A DNA stretch of 64,000 nt from Methanobacteriota archaeon (GTDB taxonomy: Archaea; JAADCQ01; Methanopyri; Methanopyrales; Methanopyraceae). Positions 48,601 through 58,555 of this stretch are shown piece by piece. A program made the translations under genes and the position numbers. Numbering within the stretch: position 1 is the stretch's first letter; every line of letters begins with the position of its first letter. The stretch is from NCBI GenBank assembly GCA_027064425.1, contig JAMOPO010000027.1:32001-96000 (forward strand), in the 5' to 3' direction. The notes beneath the pieces were generated by a model. It was not told where the DNA came from, did no database searches, and saw only the letters and a program-made list of their open reading frames with translations.

Positions 48601-48657
48601 GGCTCGGCAACGGCGGTCCCGATCATCCGCTCACCCTATCTACCGGTCGTCATCGCC
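48601..48657 (-). ncRNA. Box C/D guide sRNA immediately downstream of gatA
   Basis: ggc-GATGACGA-ccggtagatagg-GTGA-gcg-GATGATCG-ggaccgccgttg-CCGA-gcc; first guide is complementary to CUAUCUACCGG, resembling the 23S ~2615 region. Confidence 0.78.
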
Positions 48658-48658
48658 C

Positions 48659-50032
48659 TCACGGCTCGAACCGGGCGGCGTCCTCCAACGCCGCCATGGC
48701 GTTCAGGACGGTGAGGTCCTCCCAGGGCCGGCCTATCACCTGCACCCCGCACGGCACCTCGTCGCCGTCGACGCGGATGGTGTCGAACGGGACGGTGCCC
48801 GCCGGGCACCCGGCCAGGTTGGGGATGACCGTGAGCACATCGTACTCGTACATCTCCCGGACGGTGAGCTCCTCGCCCAGCCGGTGCGGCGGTTTGGGTA
48901 CCGTCGGGCCGATCAGCACGTCGTACTCCTCGAGCACCTCCAGCAGCTTCGACCGGATCCAGGACCGGGCGCGCAGGGCCCGCTCGTAGTACTTGCCGCG
49001 CGCCTCCTGCCGGCTGATCGCCGCTCCGGCAACGATCCGCCGCAGCACCTCCCTCCCGCACACGTGCTCGATCCGACGGCCGTACCGGCGACCGTCGAAG
49101 CGGCGCGTCGCGGAGAAGAACTCAACGTAGTTAATGATGTAGTACGTCGGCAGGGCCAGATCCACCAGCTTGCGTCCCACGCTCACGACCTCTACCTCGG
49201 CGCCCGCCGACTCCAGCGCCTTGGCCGCCTCCTTCGCCACCTCCGCGATCTCCGGCTCGGACACCTCCAGGAACTCCTCCACCAGCCCCACGCGCAGGTG
49301 CCTCACCTCGTCAGGGTCGAGCAGCTCCGAGTAGCGCGGGACCTCGGTGCGGCGCAGCGTGCCCTCCGCCTCCTCCGACGGGCCGGCGATCACCTCCAGC
49401 ACGAGGGCCGCGTCGCGCACCGTTCGGGCGATCGGGCCGATCTGATCGAAGCTCATCGCCAGGTCGATCAGGCCCTGCCGGGGCACGAGCCCGTACGTGG
49501 GCTTGAACCCGACGACCCCGCAGTGCGAGGCCGGGTTCCGGATCGAGCCGCCCGTGTCCGTGCCCAGGGCCGCGTCGCAGAAGCCGGCCGCGACCGCCGC
49601 CGCGCTCCCGGAGCTCGAGCCGCCCGGGATACGGCCCGGGCACCGGGGGTTGTCCGTGGGACCGTGGCACGAGGTCTCACCCGAAGAACCCGCCGCGAAC
49701 TCGTCCATGTTCGCCAGTCCCAGGATCGCCGCTCCCTCGCGCCGGAGACGCTTGACCACGGTCGCGTCGTACGGGGCCCGATACCCTTTTAGTGTGCGTG
49801 ACGCGCAGTCGCAGGGCATCCCCTCGACGTTGATGTTCGCCTTCACCAGGATCGCCGCGCCCGCCAAGCGCCCCTCGTCCGAGACCTCCTCGGGCGCGTC
49901 ATCGTTGACGTACGTCACCGCGTTAATGTCCTCGTCGCGCTCCTCGATCTCCTCCAGGTAACGGTGCACCCGCTCCTTCGGGTCCTCCCGACCCGATGAC
50001 ACCTTCTCCACCGCCTCCACCAGCATGCCCAT
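48659..50032 (-). CDS. gatA: Asp/Glu-tRNA amidotransferase subunit A
   Basis: NMDEFAAGSS, GGSSSGSAAAV, GTDTGGSIRNPAS. Confidence 0.94.
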   Translation of the reverse strand: MGMLVEAVEKVSSGREDPKERVHRYLEEIEERDEDINAVTYVNDDAPEEVSDEGRLAGAAILVKANINVEGMPCDCASRTLKGYRAPYDATVVKRLRREGAAILGLANMDEFAAGSSGETSCHGPTDNPRCPGRIPGGSSSGSAAAVAAGFCDAALGTDTGGSIRNPASHCGVVGFKPTYGLVPRQGLIDLAMSFDQIGPIARTVRDAALVLEVIAGPSEEAEGTLRRTEVPRYSELLDPDEVRHLRVGLVEEFLEVSEPEIAEVAKEAAKALESAGAEVEVVSVGRKLVDLALPTYYIINYVEFFSATRRFDGRRYGRRIEHVCGREVLRRIVAGAAISRQEARGKYYERALRARSWIRSKLLEVLEEYDVLIGPTVPKPPHRLGEELTVREMYEYDVLTVIPNLAGCPAGTVPFDTIRVDGDEVPCGVQVIGRPWEDLTVLNAMAALEDAARFEP

Positions 50033-50052
50033 CGCCCCGGGGTGACCGCTCG

Positions 50053-52212
50053 GTGCCGGTCCCGCTCCTGGTCACGGTCATATCGTTAACCGTCGCGGCG
50101 CCGGCGGGCGCGCTCCCGCCGGTCCACCTCGATACGAGCTACTTCGTGTACATGGACATAGGGTCCGAGGATCCGAACGATCAGCTGTCCCCGGTCTCTC
50201 CACCGTTCGTGGGTCTCCCCGCCACGAGCCAGTTCACCGGGAGAACAACCTCCGGACCGGCCGGCCAGGCCCAGGGACAGCAGGCGCAGCGGACCGGCCA
50301 GCAGGCCACGACGCCAGCGCCGTCCACGGGCCAGCAGCGGGTGCAGCGGCCCAGCGAGATCGGCGACTGGATCAAGCCGAAGCAGGGGCCTCGCGGCGAG
50401 ACGTACGTGCTCGAGCAGGTGTCGAGCTCGTACCAGATCTCGGTGTACTGGCTGCCCTACTTCTCGCTGCTCTCGTACATGGACGCCCAGGGTCGAATCC
50501 ACGTGATCCCCGCCTCGGCCGACCCCTGGCTCAGGTACCCGGTGCTCAAGGCCGTCCGGCAGCGGTGCCCCGGCATCACGGTCGTCAGGCTGGGGCTGAG
50601 GAACGCCGGGGAGATGCCGGACGTCGTTGACTTCGCGGCCAAACTCGGTTACAGTCGCCTGATCACGATCCTCGCGGAGTACGACCCGCTGGCGCTGTCG
50701 GCGGCTCTCGCCCTCAAGTGGAGGCTGGTGGAGGAGTACTGCAGGGAGGCTGGAGTGGATCCCGCGACCGTGGGCGTGGTGGTTACGGCGGTGGCCCTGA
50801 CCATGGCGAGGGTGCGAGTCGAGAACCCGGCGGATGAGACCGTGGACAGGCGCTACGTGACCGTCCTCGCCCCACTGCTTCCGAACGCGGCCGTCATCGA
50901 CGTAACCGACCTTGACCCGCGGGAGTCGGCCGGTCCACAGTTTCTCGACAACTTCGACCGGCTCCTGGTGGGTGATCGCGAGGTCGACGTCGTCAAAGTC
51001 GTCGTCGTGTACTCAAGCGACCTGTTCCGGGGGTACCTGGAGCGCTACTTCGAGTGGCTACTCGGAAACGTCCCAGGGTTTAGGCGCGAGAAGATCGTGT
51101 TCGTGCGCGCCTCGGCGGACGTCATCCGGGGATCATTCGCGGTCGTGCTGAGCCCTCCGCAGATCCCGGGAGGAGAGGGGTCTCCGAGGGAGCGGGAGGT
51201 CGTGGAGCACTTCTTCCCGTGGCCGGCCACGATGTTCCTGGCCGCGGTGTACGGGATTCCGGTCCTGTGGATGACTCGCGACGTCCAGCCCGAGGGCGTG
51301 CGGTGGGAGGGCCTCATCCTGATCTGGGCGCCGAAGCCGTCGGGCGGTTGGTACTGGGACTTCGAAACTGAGTTCACGCTCACGCTGCCGAGCCTCCTTG
51401 CGGAGATGACGGGACAGGACACCGGGCGGGGTGGGCGAGCAGTCTCGCCCACCACCCTGCTGTCCTACGCGACTCTAATCGACCACCGGGGCAACGCCGT
51501 CCAGGTCGGGGCTCCGGCGTACCTGTTCTCACTACCCTGCCTGGGCCTTTACCCGTGGGACCTGAGCGCGATCGACCTGAACACGGCCGCCGTCGCGTTC
51601 CAGGATCTCGGAATCCTCGTGAATTATTTCCACATCCTCCGACAGGAGCCGGGTGGCGGACACGAGCTTCTGCTCACAGCCCTGTGCGGCCCTTATGGGA
51701 TCGTGGCGGAGGCGGATGCCGCTGGGACGCGCATCATGACGGCCATCAGCAGGCTCGTCCGCGGGCTCATAGATCGCGCAAGATCCAGCCCGGAGCTCCG
51801 GAGCCTGCTCCGCGACGTGCAGGCCGTGGGCGTGGGCCTAAACCTCGCGCTGACCCTGATTAAGGGCCATTACTTCGGCGACGTGCGCCGCGTCGTTGAG
51901 GCAGTCACCGGAGGTGAGGTACACTTCCGGTTCGGTGCCTTCTTCGGCTTAGCCCTGTCCAGGGGCGGGACGAGGACTGAGCCCGTGGTGATCGACTTCG
52001 ACGGTATCGACGAACGCTTCCGCGTCATCATCGGCCGGGGCCGAGCGCCGCGAGTCACGGGGCCGTGCCTGCAGGCCTGGGTGTGTGACATCTACACGGT
52101 CCTGGAGTGGAGTCACTCGCGGGGACGGAGGCACGTCCCGGGGGTCGTGTGGTGGTGGGTGTGCGCGCTGGCGTGGTGCTGCTGGCGCTGGTGGCCGCGG
52201 CGGTGCCGGTGA
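50053..52212 (+). CDS. Lineage-specific secreted protein with Gln-rich linker
   Basis: GGGGTGA RBS before GTG; signal peptide; Q/T/P-rich segment. Confidence 0.65.
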   Translation: MPVPLLVTVISLTVAAPAGALPPVHLDTSYFVYMDIGSEDPNDQLSPVSPPFVGLPATSQFTGRTTSGPAGQAQGQQAQRTGQQATTPAPSTGQQRVQRPSEIGDWIKPKQGPRGETYVLEQVSSSYQISVYWLPYFSLLSYMDAQGRIHVIPASADPWLRYPVLKAVRQRCPGITVVRLGLRNAGEMPDVVDFAAKLGYSRLITILAEYDPLALSAALALKWRLVEEYCREAGVDPATVGVVVTAVALTMARVRVENPADETVDRRYVTVLAPLLPNAAVIDVTDLDPRESAGPQFLDNFDRLLVGDREVDVVKVVVVYSSDLFRGYLERYFEWLLGNVPGFRREKIVFVRASADVIRGSFAVVLSPPQIPGGEGSPREREVVEHFFPWPATMFLAAVYGIPVLWMTRDVQPEGVRWEGLILIWAPKPSGGWYWDFETEFTLTLPSLLAEMTGQDTGRGGRAVSPTTLLSYATLIDHRGNAVQVGAPAYLFSLPCLGLYPWDLSAIDLNTAAVAFQDLGILVNYFHILRQEPGGGHELLLTALCGPYGIVAEADAAGTRIMTAISRLVRGLIDRARSSPELRSLLRDVQAVGVGLNLALTLIKGHYFGDVRRVVEAVTGGEVHFRFGAFFGLALSRGGTRTEPVVIDFDGIDERFRVIIGRGRAPRVTGPCLQAWVCDIYTVLEWSHSRGRRHVPGVVWWWVCALAWCCWRWWPRRCR

Positions 52213-54185
52213 GCGCGGAGCGGGTGTACGTCCTGGTGAACGTGCCCGGAACGTTCTCGCTGGAGGATGACTGGGCGAAGGTCTTCATCACGGCCGCGTC
52301 GCTGGCCCGATCCAACGGTCCGTCGGTCGTTCCGGTCCCGGTGCAGGGACCGTTGGGACCGCTGGAGCTCCGGCTGCTGAACGAGCCGTCCCGCGTGCTC
52401 ACGTACGGCGTCTCTACGGTCAGGCCCGGCTGGGAGCGGCTCCCGGACACCGTGGAGGAGGCCTGCGCCCGGGTGGTGAACGCGGCGAGGGAGGCGGGTG
52501 TGCGGGTGGACTTCCTCCTCTGCCTGGACCGGGCGAACGTGCTGCCGGCGTTGGAGCTGGCCCCGGTGGTGGCCAAGCAGTGTGGGGCGATCGTGTGGGG
52601 AGACCCGACGGTGTACCTCCGGAGCGTGCCGGGGGTACCGGTGCTGACGCTGGACGAGTACCTGCGGCGGTTCTCGGGGGCGAAGGTGTCCGTCCGCGCG
52701 GTCGCCGCGGCGACCCCACCTGGTCCGGGCAACCCGAACCCGATGACCCTGGCCGCGGTCCTGTTCGCGTGCCTGCGGCCCGCGGTCTTGGGGCTGGTGA
52801 GCCCCTCGAGCGACCCGAGCAAGGTGGTAGGTGAGGTCCGGGGCCGGCTGAGGTCCGTGTACGGGGTCGACGTCGACTCCCGGGACGTCAGGTACCTGGT
52901 CGTGTTCGGCGCGGAGTTCGCGGAGCTGAAGCCGCCGAGGGGCCTCGTCGTAGCGGCGTTCCCGTTCCGGGGCGTGCCCGGGTTCTTGGCGGCGTGCCGG
53001 ATGATCCTGGCGGGGCTGACCGACGGCGAGCCGTGCCCCGTGCTGCTTTACGACCCGAGGAGTCGGTGGGTGCGGTACGAGCCGCGGCTGAGGGAGTGCG
53101 TTCAGGTCTCGGTGCTCAGGGTGTCCGACGTGGCGGCGCTGAACGTGGGGCTGGCCTCGCACCCGTGCGCGGTCGTGGACGCGAGCGAGGTGGCGACCGC
53201 GCCCGCGGGTCAGGGGGCTCAGCCCTCCCAGGCTCAGCAGCAGGGTCAGCGGGGGAGGACGGGCGGGCAGGCGCAGTCGCAGCGGGCCCAGCAGACCGGT
53301 CAGCAGCAACCGGCCCAGCCGGGCGGGCAGGCTCCGGCTCCGGGCGCCCCCTCGGGTCCGACGTCCTGGCTGGGGGCGCTGGACTCTCAGGGGAGGTGCG
53401 CGCTGTTCCTGGCGGCGAGCCCGAACGTGATCCGGCAGGCCCAGTCGTTCGCGACCCCGAACGGGTACCCGAAGTTCTCGTCCGTGGCCGCGTTCGTGAG
53501 CCCGGTGGGCGCCCTGCTGGCCTACCTGTTCGCGGCGGCCGGGTACGAGCTGGGGGAGGCCGTCCAGTGGGCGTCGTGGGTGCTGGAGGTGCTCCGGGAG
53601 CGCGGGTGCGGGGAGGGTGGGTTGGCGAACCCGGCCTACGTGCTGATCGGTGACCCGTTCCGGCGGTTCCGGGCGGTGCTCGAGTACCCGCTGCCGGGCT
53701 TGAAACCGGGATCCGTCGTCGTGAGCGTCTCGCCGGCGTTTCTGGTGCCCTTCGGTCGGTACTGGCTGCTTCCATTGGTGCTGCCGGGGTTCGTCGTCGG
53801 GCTGTGGGAGATCCCGAGGGACAACGACTGGATGGTGGTGGCCGAGGGGCTGGACTTCGTGCGGTTCCGGCTGGGGTCTCGGGAGTTCTCGGTGAGCGCC
53901 ATCCTGGCGGCGCCGGCGGGCGTGCGATCGTCGTACGCGCTCCCGCTGAACGAATTCAATAAGTACCGCGTGACCGTCGTGGTCGGGCTCGTCCCGCGCT
54001 CGGAGCGGGCTCGTCCGGCCTGGGTGGGGGTTTCGGCTTGCGGGGTCGTGGTCGGGTTAGCATTGTTGCTGGCGGTCAGTGGGGCGACGAGGGGAAGGGT
54101 AAGATCGTCGCGTACCTGGCGGTGCAGGACGAGCCGAGCGTTGTGGCGCGGGCGGGTGTGGGGCCGAACGCGGGTCACACGGTGA
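52161..54185 (+). CDS. Lineage-specific secreted protein with Gln-rich linker; possible degenerate peptidase C25/CHAT fold
   Basis: Signal peptide; RYLVVFG; GYELGEA...YVLIGDP; hydrophobic C-terminus overlapping purA. Confidence 0.6.
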   Translation: MRAGVVLLALVAAAVPVSAERVYVLVNVPGTFSLEDDWAKVFITAASLARSNGPSVVPVPVQGPLGPLELRLLNEPSRVLTYGVSTVRPGWERLPDTVEEACARVVNAAREAGVRVDFLLCLDRANVLPALELAPVVAKQCGAIVWGDPTVYLRSVPGVPVLTLDEYLRRFSGAKVSVRAVAAATPPGPGNPNPMTLAAVLFACLRPAVLGLVSPSSDPSKVVGEVRGRLRSVYGVDVDSRDVRYLVVFGAEFAELKPPRGLVVAAFPFRGVPGFLAACRMILAGLTDGEPCPVLLYDPRSRWVRYEPRLRECVQVSVLRVSDVAALNVGLASHPCAVVDASEVATAPAGQGAQPSQAQQQGQRGRTGGQAQSQRAQQTGQQQPAQPGGQAPAPGAPSGPTSWLGALDSQGRCALFLAASPNVIRQAQSFATPNGYPKFSSVAAFVSPVGALLAYLFAAAGYELGEAVQWASWVLEVLRERGCGEGGLANPAYVLIGDPFRRFRAVLEYPLPGLKPGSVVVSVSPAFLVPFGRYWLLPLVLPGFVVGLWEIPRDNDWMVVAEGLDFVRFRLGSREFSVSAILAAPAGVRSSYALPLNEFNKYRVTVVVGLVPRSERARPAWVGVSACGVVVGLALLLAVSGATRGRVRSSRTWRCRTSRALWRGRVWGRTRVTR

Positions 54186-55078
54186 GGGTGGACGGGAAGG
54201 AGTACGGGCTGAGGCAGATCCCGTGCGGGTTCCCGTACGAGGACGCGCAGCTGGCGATAGGGCCCGGGGTGCTGGTGAACCCGGAGGTCCTGTTGGACGA
54301 GGTGGACCGGCTGTCCGAGTTTCGGGTGAAGGAGCGGCTGGTGGTGGACGAGCGGTGCGCGATCATCGAGGAGAAGCACATAGAGGCGGAGCTGAAGTCC
54401 AAGCACCTCTCGGACGAGATCGACACGACGAAGACGGGCTGCGGGCCGGCGAACGCGGACCGGGCGCTGCGCAAGGCGAAGCTGGCGAGGGACGTGGACG
54501 AGCTGGAGGAGTTCCTCGGCGACGTGCCCGGGCTGGTCAACGAGTGCGTGGACGAGGGTGAGGACGTGCTGGTGGAGGGGACGCAGGGCTTTGGGCTGTC
54601 TCTGTACCACGGGATCGAGTACCCGTACGTGACGAGCAAGGACACGACGGCGAGCGCCTTCGCGGCGGACGTGGGGATCGGTCCGACGCGGGTGGACGAG
54701 GTTTACGTGGTCTTCAAGGCGTACGCGACGCGGGTGGGTGAGGGCCCCTTCCCGACGGAGCTCAGCCGGGAGGAGGTGGTGGAGAAGTTCGGTGAGGAGC
54801 TGCTGGAGGTGGAGCGCGGTACGGTGACCGGGCGGCCGAGGCGGATCGGTGAGTTCGACTTCGAGATGGCCCGGCGGGCGTGCGTGATCAACGGGGCGAC
54901 CCAGGTCGCGATCACGTGCATCGACCGACGGTTCCCGGATGCGGCGGAGGCTGAGACGTGGGGTGAGCTGCCCCGGGAGGCGAAGAAGTTCGTGGAGAAG
55001 GTGGAGGAGGCGGTGGGCGTGCCGGTGACGCTGATCTCCACGGGGCCCGAGCTGGAGCACACGGTGGACCTCAGGTAG
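54038..55078 (+). CDS. purA: Adenylosuccinate synthetase (short archaeal type)
   Basis: [42 protein letters not shown]. Confidence 0.96.
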   Translation: MRGRGRVSIVAGGQWGDEGKGKIVAYLAVQDEPSVVARAGVGPNAGHTVRVDGKEYGLRQIPCGFPYEDAQLAIGPGVLVNPEVLLDEVDRLSEFRVKERLVVDERCAIIEEKHIEAELKSKHLSDEIDTTKTGCGPANADRALRKAKLARDVDELEEFLGDVPGLVNECVDEGEDVLVEGTQGFGLSLYHGIEYPYVTSKDTTASAFAADVGIGPTRVDEVYVVFKAYATRVGEGPFPTELSREEVVEKFGEELLEVERGTVTGRPRRIGEFDFEMARRACVINGATQVAITCIDRRFPDAAEAETWGELPREAKKFVEKVEEAVGVPVTLISTGPELEHTVDLR

Positions 55079-55085
55079 CCTTTCC

Positions 55086-56384
55086 TTACTCAGACTCCAG
55101 CCTTTTCAGGACCTCGCGGGCCCGGTCCGTGACCGGCACCCGGACCACCTCGTACCGCTCCCTCTCCTCCACCGGCGCCGTCGCGTCGAAGATCGCCTTC
55201 GCCATGATCCCTTCCTCGCTGGACGGATCGAGCGTCGAGCCGAGCCCGCGCACGACGTGCAGGTCCCGGTCGGCCTGGAAGCGGGTGGACAGGGCGTACT
55301 CGACCTCCTCCGGGTCGTCCGGGTCGATGTCCTCGTCCACCACGATCACGTGCTTGAGGCTCGGGTGAGCGGCCAAGGCGGCGAGGCCCGCGTTCACGGC
55401 CTCCCCCTCCGTCCGCTTCCGGATCGAGATGACCGCCTGAAGCCACCGTCCACCGCCCGGGGTCAGCCGAACCTTCTTCACCTCGCACACCCGGGAGACG
55501 TGCGCCAGGATGGTCGCCTCCGCCGGTCCGCCCATCATGATCCGGTGCTCCTCGCCGCCGGGCAGGATCACGGTCGGCGTGAAGTCCTCGCGCGCGTACA
55601 CCTTCTCCACGACCAGGACCGGCTCCTTCCGGCGCTCGTCCAGGGTCCTCGTGACGTCGACGAACGGCCCCTCGGGCGCTCGCTCGTCCACGAGCCGGCC
55701 CACCATCACGACCTCGCTCTCGGCGGGCACGGGCAGGTCGTAGTCCACCTCGTGCACGCGGAAGTCGTCCCAGAAGGCGGCCGCGACCTCCAGCTCGTCC
55801 ACGTCGTAGGGCACCCGGGCGCAGCACGCGAACATGGTCCTCGGATCCACTCCCAGGCACACGGCCACGGGCAGGTCGCGGCCGGACCGCTCGTAGTACC
55901 GGTACAGGTGCCGGGGCACGATCCGCACGGCGAACCGGCCGTCGCCCAGGTACATCATCCGGTGGACCGAGGCGTTGGGCGTGCCCTTCTCGGGCTCGCG
56001 CGCGATGATCAGGGAGGTGGTCAGGTAGGGGCCGCCGTCCGTCTCGTAGAATCGGCACATGGGGAGCTCCTCGTCCAGGAACTCGGGGCCGTGCTCGGCC
56101 TCCAGGAAGGCGGGGGAGGGGTCCTTTCCGGGCCGCTCGGGGTTCTCCATGGCCTCGGCCAGGCGACGCAGGACGTCGTCCCAGGAGTCGACGCCGAGCG
56201 CCTCCGCCAGGTATCGGCGTCGGGCGCAGAGGTTGCCAAGGAGGGGAGCCTCGTACCCCCTCACCCGCTCGAAGAGCACCGGTCGGTCCAGCTCCTGCAG
56301 CACGGCGGGGATGTCGTACCTCGGCGAGAGCTCCTCTCGCACGGTCACCAGCTCGTCCTCGACAACCTTAAGGAAGTCCCGCAC
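55086..56384 (-). CDS. UbiD-family decarboxylase (likely anhydromevalonate phosphate decarboxylase)
   Basis: DGGPYLT, NASVHR, EGPF, LTPGG, VVDEDID, GSTLDPS. Confidence 0.88.
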   Translation of the reverse strand: MRDFLKVVEDELVTVREELSPRYDIPAVLQELDRPVLFERVRGYEAPLLGNLCARRRYLAEALGVDSWDDVLRRLAEAMENPERPGKDPSPAFLEAEHGPEFLDEELPMCRFYETDGGPYLTTSLIIAREPEKGTPNASVHRMMYLGDGRFAVRIVPRHLYRYYERSGRDLPVAVCLGVDPRTMFACCARVPYDVDELEVAAAFWDDFRVHEVDYDLPVPAESEVVMVGRLVDERAPEGPFVDVTRTLDERRKEPVLVVEKVYAREDFTPTVILPGGEEHRIMMGGPAEATILAHVSRVCEVKKVRLTPGGGRWLQAVISIRKRTEGEAVNAGLAALAAHPSLKHVIVVDEDIDPDDPEEVEYALSTRFQADRDLHVVRGLGSTLDPSSEEGIMAKAIFDATAPVEERERYEVVRVPVTDRAREVLKRLESE

Positions 56385-56395
56385 GCCCAGGCCCC

Positions 56396-56452
56396 CGGGA
56401 TGAAGAGGAAGTCCCGGACCGAGGGGTGAGGACCGGGACGCGGGCGGACCCG
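56396..56452 (+). ncRNA. Box C/D guide sRNA, antisense to the npdG-ubiD intergenic region
   Basis: cggg-ATGAAGA-ggaagtcccgga-CCGA-ggg-GTGAGGA-ccgggacgcggg-CGGA-cccg. Confidence 0.78.
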
Positions 56453-56453
56453 C

Positions 56454-57128
56454 CTACTCGAGTCCCGTGAATCGGATCCCGATGCTCTTCTCCCCGTACC
56501 GCTGGTTCAGGCTGATCAGCAGGGCGGTTATGGCCTCCACGATCCGGGCGTTGGCGAGCGGCCCACCGTCGATCGCCCGCACGCCGGGGATGTCCTCCGC
56601 GAGCTCCATCACCGTCTCCTTCGCGTCCTCGTCGTCGGAGCAGACGACCACGTCGCACTCGACCTCTCGGTCCAGGTCCTGGAGCAGCTCCGCCGAGACG
56701 TTCTCGAAGGCCGAGACGACGGGCTGGTCCAGCAGGGACTGAACGGTCTCCGCGGCCGAGCCCTCCCACGGGGTGACCAGCCGGGTCGGCCGGCCGCCGA
56801 TGGCGGTCTCCAGCGGCACGGTCACGTCCACGACGATCGCGTCCTCCGGGAGCGAGTCACGGAGCCCCTTGACCGTCTCGATCACCGCGAAGAAGGGGAC
56901 CGTCAGGAAGACCACGTCCGCGTCCGAGACGGCCTCCTCGTTCTCCCTCCCCTCCACGGTCGCGTCCCCGTACCCGTGCCCGGACAGGATCTCCCTCGCC
57001 TTCTCGGCGGCCTTGAGCGCCCGTTCCTCCTCCCGGGATCCGATCACGACCTCATGACCCGCGGCCGCGAACCTGAGGGCCAGGCCGAACCCCTGGTCGC
57101 CGGTGCCTCCGACGAGCGCGATGCGCAT
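56454..57128 (-). CDS. npdG: F420H2:NADP+ oxidoreductase
   Basis: GGTGDQGFGLA, IGSR, VDVTVPL, GSAAE, GPL.NA..VE.IT. Confidence 0.93.
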   Translation of the reverse strand: MRIALVGGTGDQGFGLALRFAAAGHEVVIGSREEERALKAAEKAREILSGHGYGDATVEGRENEEAVSDADVVFLTVPFFAVIETVKGLRDSLPEDAIVVDVTVPLETAIGGRPTRLVTPWEGSAAETVQSLLDQPVVSAFENVSAELLQDLDREVECDVVVCSDDEDAKETVMELAEDIPGVRAIDGGPLANARIVEAITALLISLNQRYGEKSIGIRFTGLE

Positions 57129-57182
57129 CGTGCACCCCTCCGTCGGACCTCGAGGACGGGGTTTTAGGGGTGCCGGATCCGG

Positions 57183-57938
57183 TTAGAACAGCTGGAGGGC
57201 GTTGTCACGAACGACGGCCTCCACGTCGTCGAACCCCCTCCGCTCGAGCTCGAGGGCTACCTCGGCCACGGCGAGCACGTTGCTGGGCGCCCGGGACGCG
57301 TCGCTGTTGATCAGGATCCGGTCCGAGTCCTCCCGGTGCTCGAGGACCATCTCGACGGCCTCCTCGACGGTGGCCTTGCCCGGCTGAACGGTGATACCGG
57401 CGTTGAAGCCCTCACCGAGCACGGCGTCCAGGAACTTCTCGTCCAGGTGATCCACCACGACCAGCTCGGGGTCCGCGTCCGACTCCTTAACCGTCTCAAG
57501 GATCCGGGAGATGACCTTCGGGTCCCGGCTGCGCGGGGTGTGGACGACGACGGGCACGTCCTCGGTGGCGGCGAGGTCGAGCTGCTCTCGCAGGACCTCG
57601 ACCTCTTGATCCGTGGCCTTCTCCAGCCCGACCTCCCCGACGGCGTCGATGTCGTCGAGGCGGGACTCCAGGGCCCGCAGGGCCTCCTCGATCCCCTGCT
57701 CCGGGACGGCGCGCGGGTGAATCCCGAGCCCGATTCGGGCGTCGACCAGGTACTCCGAGGCGTCCTCGGCCGCGGACTGGACGGCCTCCCAGTGCCCCAT
57801 CAGGGCCTCGTGGTTTCGGAAGGGCATGGGGTCGTGGGCCAGGGTAAGCACGTAGCGGATCCCAGCGAGGCTCATGCGCCTGACGTCGTCCTCCGGCCGC
57901 ACGTCCAGGTGCACGTGCGAGTCGAACTTCGCGAGCAT
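57183..57938 (-). CDS. TatD-family metal-dependent hydrolase
   Basis: DSHVH, GIHPR, GEVGL, HTPR, DH, NSD. Confidence 0.88.
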   Translation of the reverse strand: MLAKFDSHVHLDVRPEDDVRRMSLAGIRYVLTLAHDPMPFRNHEALMGHWEAVQSAAEDASEYLVDARIGLGIHPRAVPEQGIEEALRALESRLDDIDAVGEVGLEKATDQEVEVLREQLDLAATEDVPVVVHTPRSRDPKVISRILETVKESDADPELVVVDHLDEKFLDAVLGEGFNAGITVQPGKATVEEAVEMVLEHREDSDRILINSDASRAPSNVLAVAEVALELERRGFDDVEAVVRDNALQLF

Positions 57939-57963
57939 GGCCGGCGGGCGCCCCTTTCCTAGA

Positions 57964-57972
57964 GTTTAAATA
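57964..57972 (+). promoter_or_regulatory. Probable TATA box in the divergent tatD/regulator intergenic region
   Basis: GTTTAAATA. Confidence 0.5.
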
Positions 57973-58006
57973 CGCGGGAGCGGCCCTCGGCTGGGGGGTG
58001 CGCCCG

Positions 58007-58555
58007 ATGACCGAGCCGGTCGAGGAGGTTATCGACCTCTCGGAGATTCCATTCCAGCCGATGGACAAGCAGGAGATCCACCAGCTGGAGACCGTGCTGC
58101 TGGTCGCGACGCTCTTCCGGCCCAAGGTGCTGGAGATGATTCATGAGCAGAAGTTCCTGACCTGGGTGGACTCGCTGGCGGTCGCGGCGGCCGCGCTGGC
58201 CCGGCAGAAGGCCGGGTACACGGTCGCGGAGATCGCGGAGGAGCTGGGGCGCACGGAGACTACGATCCGGAAGCACCTGCAGGGTGAGACGAAGGCGGGC
58301 GAGCTGATCCAGGAGACTTACGACATGCTGAAGAGCGGAGAGCTCAAGATCGTGACCGGTAAGGAGGAGGTGGAGGAGAAGCTGAAGGCGGAGGAAGAGG
58401 AGCTGGAGCGGCTGCGCTCTAAGGTGAGCGACGTGGCCTCCTCGCTGAACCGGGTGGCGGAGAGCCTGCGCGAGTGCCGGTCCTCGATGGACGATGCGAT
58501 CGAGGAGCTGGAGGGCGTGGTGGACGAGCTGAGGGACCTCAGCGAGAGCGAGTAG
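58007..58555 (+). CDS. HTH transcriptional regulator (COG1318-like) with C-terminal coiled coil
   Basis: LTWVDSLAVAAAALAR.KAG.TVAEIAEELGRTETTIRKHLQGETKAG. Confidence 0.8.
   Translation: MTEPVEEVIDLSEIPFQPMDKQEIHQLETVLLVATLFRPKVLEMIHEQKFLTWVDSLAVAAAALARQKAGYTVAEIAEELGRTETTIRKHLQGETKAGELIQETYDMLKSGELKIVTGKEEVEEKLKAEEEELERLRSKVSDVASSLNRVAESLRECRSSMDDAIEELEGVVDELRDLSESE

Noticed and set aside
57132-57173. Hairpin GCACCCCT...AGGGGTGC covering the npdG RBS
   Set aside because: A single GC stem with no boxes or other support; may be a terminator or chance pairing.
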